From a virus (taxonomy: Duplodnaviria; Heunggongvirae; Uroviricota; Caudoviricetes), in the IMG/VR virus record IMGVR_UViG_2778261688_000006: a DNA stretch of 8,820 nucleotides. One strand, written 5' to 3'. Positions 6,883-8,820 of this stretch are shown here, piece by piece (within the stretch, counting starts at the first letter, position 1; each line of letters opens with the position of its first letter). A model generated the notes under the pieces. The model ran no database searches. It saw only the letters and a list, made by a program, of their open reading frames with translations, and was not told where the DNA came from. The position numbers and the translations under genes are program-made.

Positions 6883-7179
6883 ATGAACGCTTATTACATT
6901 CAGGATCGTCTTGAGGCTCAGAGCTGGGCGCGTCACTACCAGCAGATCGCCCGTGAAGAGAAAGAGGCAGAACTGGCAGACGACATGGAAAAAGGCCTGC
7001 CCCAGCACCTGTTTGAATCGCTATGCATCGATCATTTGCAACGCCACGGGGCCAGCAAAAAAGCCATTACCCGTGCGTTTGATGACGATGTTGAGTTTCA
7101 GGAGCGCATGGCAGAACACATCCGGTACATGGTTGAAACCATTGCTCACCACCAGGTTGATATTGATTCAGAGGTATAA
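6883..7179 (+). CDS. gam: Gam (short GamS form), RecBCD nuclease inhibitor, 98 aa; the long-form N-terminal extension is frameshifted
   Basis: ORF track 6883..7179, [60 protein letters not shown].... The GamL start ATG at 6762 ([24 protein letters not shown]...) is in a different frame and hits a stop after 49 codons. Confidence 0.93.
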   Translation: MNAYYIQDRLEAQSWARHYQQIAREEKEAELADDMEKGLPQHLFESLCIDHLQRHGASKKAITRAFDDDVEFQERMAEHIRYMVETIAHHQVDIDSEV

Positions 7180-7184
7180 AACGG

Positions 7185-7970
7185 ATGAGTACAGCACTCG
7201 CAACGCTGGCTGGGAAGCTGGCTGAACGTGTCGGCATGGATTCTGTCGACCCACAGGAACTGATCACCACTCTTCGCCAGACGGCATTTAAAGGTGATGC
7301 CAGCGATGCGCAGTTCATCGCATTACTGATCGTTGCCAACCAGTACGGCCTTAATCCGTGGACGAAAGAAATTTACGCCTTTCCTGATAAGCAGAATGGC
7401 ATCGTTCCGGTGGTGGGCGTTGATGGCTGGTCCCGCATCATCAATGAAAACCAGCAGTTTGATGGCATGGACTTTGAGCAGGACAATGAATCCTGTACAT
7501 GCCGGATTTACCGCAAGGACCGTAATCATCCGATCTGCGTTACCGAGTGGATGGATGAATGCCGCCGCGAACCATTCAAAACCCGCGAAGGCAGAGAAAT
7601 TACGGGGCCGTGGCAGTCGCATCCCAAACGGATGTTACGGCATAAAGCCATGATTCAGTGTGCCCGTCTGGCCTTCGGATTTGCGGGTATCTATGACAAG
7701 GATGAAGCCGAGCGCATTGTCGAAAATACCGCATACACTGCAGAACGTCAGCCGGAACGCGACATCACTCCGGTTAACGATGAAACCATGCAGGAGATTA
7801 ACACTCTGCTGATTGCCCTGGACAAAACATGGGATGACGACTTATTGCCGCTCTGTTCCCAGATATTTCGCCGCGACATTCGCGCATCGTCAGAACTGAC
7901 ACAGGCCGAAGCAGTGAAAGCTCTTGGATTCCTGAAACAGAAAGCCTCTGAACAGAAGGTGGCTGCATGA
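7185..7970 (+). CDS. bet: Bet (Red beta) single-strand annealing protein, 261 aa
   Basis: ORF track 7185..7970, [66 protein letters not shown]...; its stop overlaps the exo start (ATGA). Confidence 0.97.
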   Translation: MSTALATLAGKLAERVGMDSVDPQELITTLRQTAFKGDASDAQFIALLIVANQYGLNPWTKEIYAFPDKQNGIVPVVGVDGWSRIINENQQFDGMDFEQDNESCTCRIYRKDRNHPICVTEWMDECRREPFKTREGREITGPWQSHPKRMLRHKAMIQCARLAFGFAGIYDKDEAERIVENTAYTAERQPERDITPVNDETMQEINTLLIALDKTWDDDLLPLCSQIFRRDIRASSELTQAEAVKALGFLKQKASEQKVAA

Positions 7971-8647
7971 CACCGGACATTATCCTGCAGCGTACCGGGA
8001 TCGACGTGAGAGCTGTCGAACAGGGGGATGATGCGTGGCACAAATTACGGCTCGGCGTCATCACCGCTTCAGAAGTTCACAATGTGATAGCAAAACCCCG
8101 CTCCGGAAAGAAATGGCCTGACATGAAAATGTCCTACTTCCACACCCTGCTTGCCGAGGTTTGCACCGGTGTGGCTCCGGAAGTTAACGCTAAGGCGCTG
8201 GCCTGGGGAAAACAGTACGAGAACGACGCCAGAGCCCTCTTTGAGTTCACTTCCGGCGTGAATGTTACTGAATCCCCGATCATCTATCGCGACGAAAGTA
8301 TGCGCACCGCCTGCTCTCCCGATGGTTTATGCAGTGACGGCAACGGCCTTGAACTGAAATGCCCGTTTACCTCCCGGGATTTCATGAAATTCCGGCTCGG
8401 TGGTTTCGAGGCCATAAAGTCGGCTTACATGGCCCAGGTGCAGTACAGCATGTGGGTGACGCGAAAAGATGCCTGGTACTTTGCCAACTATGACCCACGA
8501 ATGAAGCGTGAAGGCCTGCATTATGTCGTGGTTGAGCGGGATGAAAATTACATGGCGAGTTTTGACGAGATGGTGCAGGAGTTCATCGAAAAAATGGACG
8601 AGGCACTGGCTGAAATTGGTTTTGTATTTGGGGAGCAATGGCGATGA
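7967..8647 (+). CDS. exo: Lambda exonuclease (Red alpha), 5'-3' dsDNA exonuclease, 226 aa
   Basis: ORF track 7967..8647, [65 protein letters not shown].... Confidence 0.97.
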   Translation: MTPDIILQRTGIDVRAVEQGDDAWHKLRLGVITASEVHNVIAKPRSGKKWPDMKMSYFHTLLAEVCTGVAPEVNAKALAWGKQYENDARALFEFTSGVNVTESPIIYRDESMRTACSPDGLCSDGNGLELKCPFTSRDFMKFRLGGFEAIKSAYMAQVQYSMWVTRKDAWYFANYDPRMKREGLHYVVVERDENYMASFDEMVQEFIEKMDEALAEIGFVFGEQWR

Positions 8648-8820
8648 AGCATCCTCACGATAATATCCGGGTAGGTGCGATCACTTTCGTCTACTCCGTT
8701 ACAAAGCGAGGCTGGGTATTTCCCGGCCTTTCTGTTATCCAAAATCCACTGAAAGCCCAGCGGCTGGCTGAGGAGATAAATAATAAACGAGGGGCTGTAC
8801 CGGAACCAGATTGGCGATAA
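8638..8820 (+). CDS. Lambda orf60a-like protein, 60 aa
   Basis: ORF track 8638..8820, [50 protein letters not shown]...; overlaps the exo 3' end, as orf60a does in lambda. Confidence 0.75.
   Translation: MAMKHPHDNIRVGAITFVYSVTKRGWVFPGLSVIQNPLKAQRLAEEINNKRGAVPEPDWR

Noticed and set aside
6911-8742. Eight ORFs of 64-106 aa overlapping gam, bet and exo on both strands
   Set aside because: All overlap well-supported Red genes out of frame or antisense; open frames of this length are expected by chance in moderately GC-rich coding DNA.
1-8820. Search for tRNA genes, CRISPR repeats, IS elements, nut/boxB sites and attachment sites
   Set aside because: No cloverleaf-compatible segments, no regularly spaced direct repeats, no transposase ORFs or terminal inverted repeats. 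The boxB-like hairpin is absent, as expected since nutL lies in the deleted segment. att sites cannot be assessed without flanking sequence.

Overview
This window reads as a mosaic lambdoid prophage segment made of two arms that abut at about 4731/4732. Gene identities are recognised from the translated ORFs by memory of phage lambda and E. coli DLP12/phage 21 proteins; no database search was possible. Left arm (1-4731): a late/nin region on the minus strand (SAR endolysin truncated by the window edge, S21-type pinholin, Q antiterminator, YlcG-like ORF, RusA, a NinF-like small ORF, a 115-aa hypothetical, NinE, a Dam-like N6-adenine methyltransferase and a NinB 3' fragment), with an intact OmpC-family porin (NmpC/Lc-like) on the plus strand between Q and the lysis genes. 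Right arm (4732-8820): the lambda pL early-left operon on the plus strand (N codons ~34-107 only, orf28, ral, ea10, cIII, kil, gam, bet, exo, orf60a) with sieB on the minus strand. The junction implies that the N 5' end, nutL/pL, rex, cI, cro, cII, O, P, ren and the ninB 5' end are all missing, so this looks like a defective prophage or deletion derivative that keeps an intact Red module and lysis cassette. I see no tRNA, CRISPR array or IS element, and no convincingly novel system; the few uncharacterised pieces are a 115-aa nin-region ORF and a possibly chimeric small ORF upstream of rusA. The ORF track calls GTG/TTG starts as M, so several starts were re-picked by eye.
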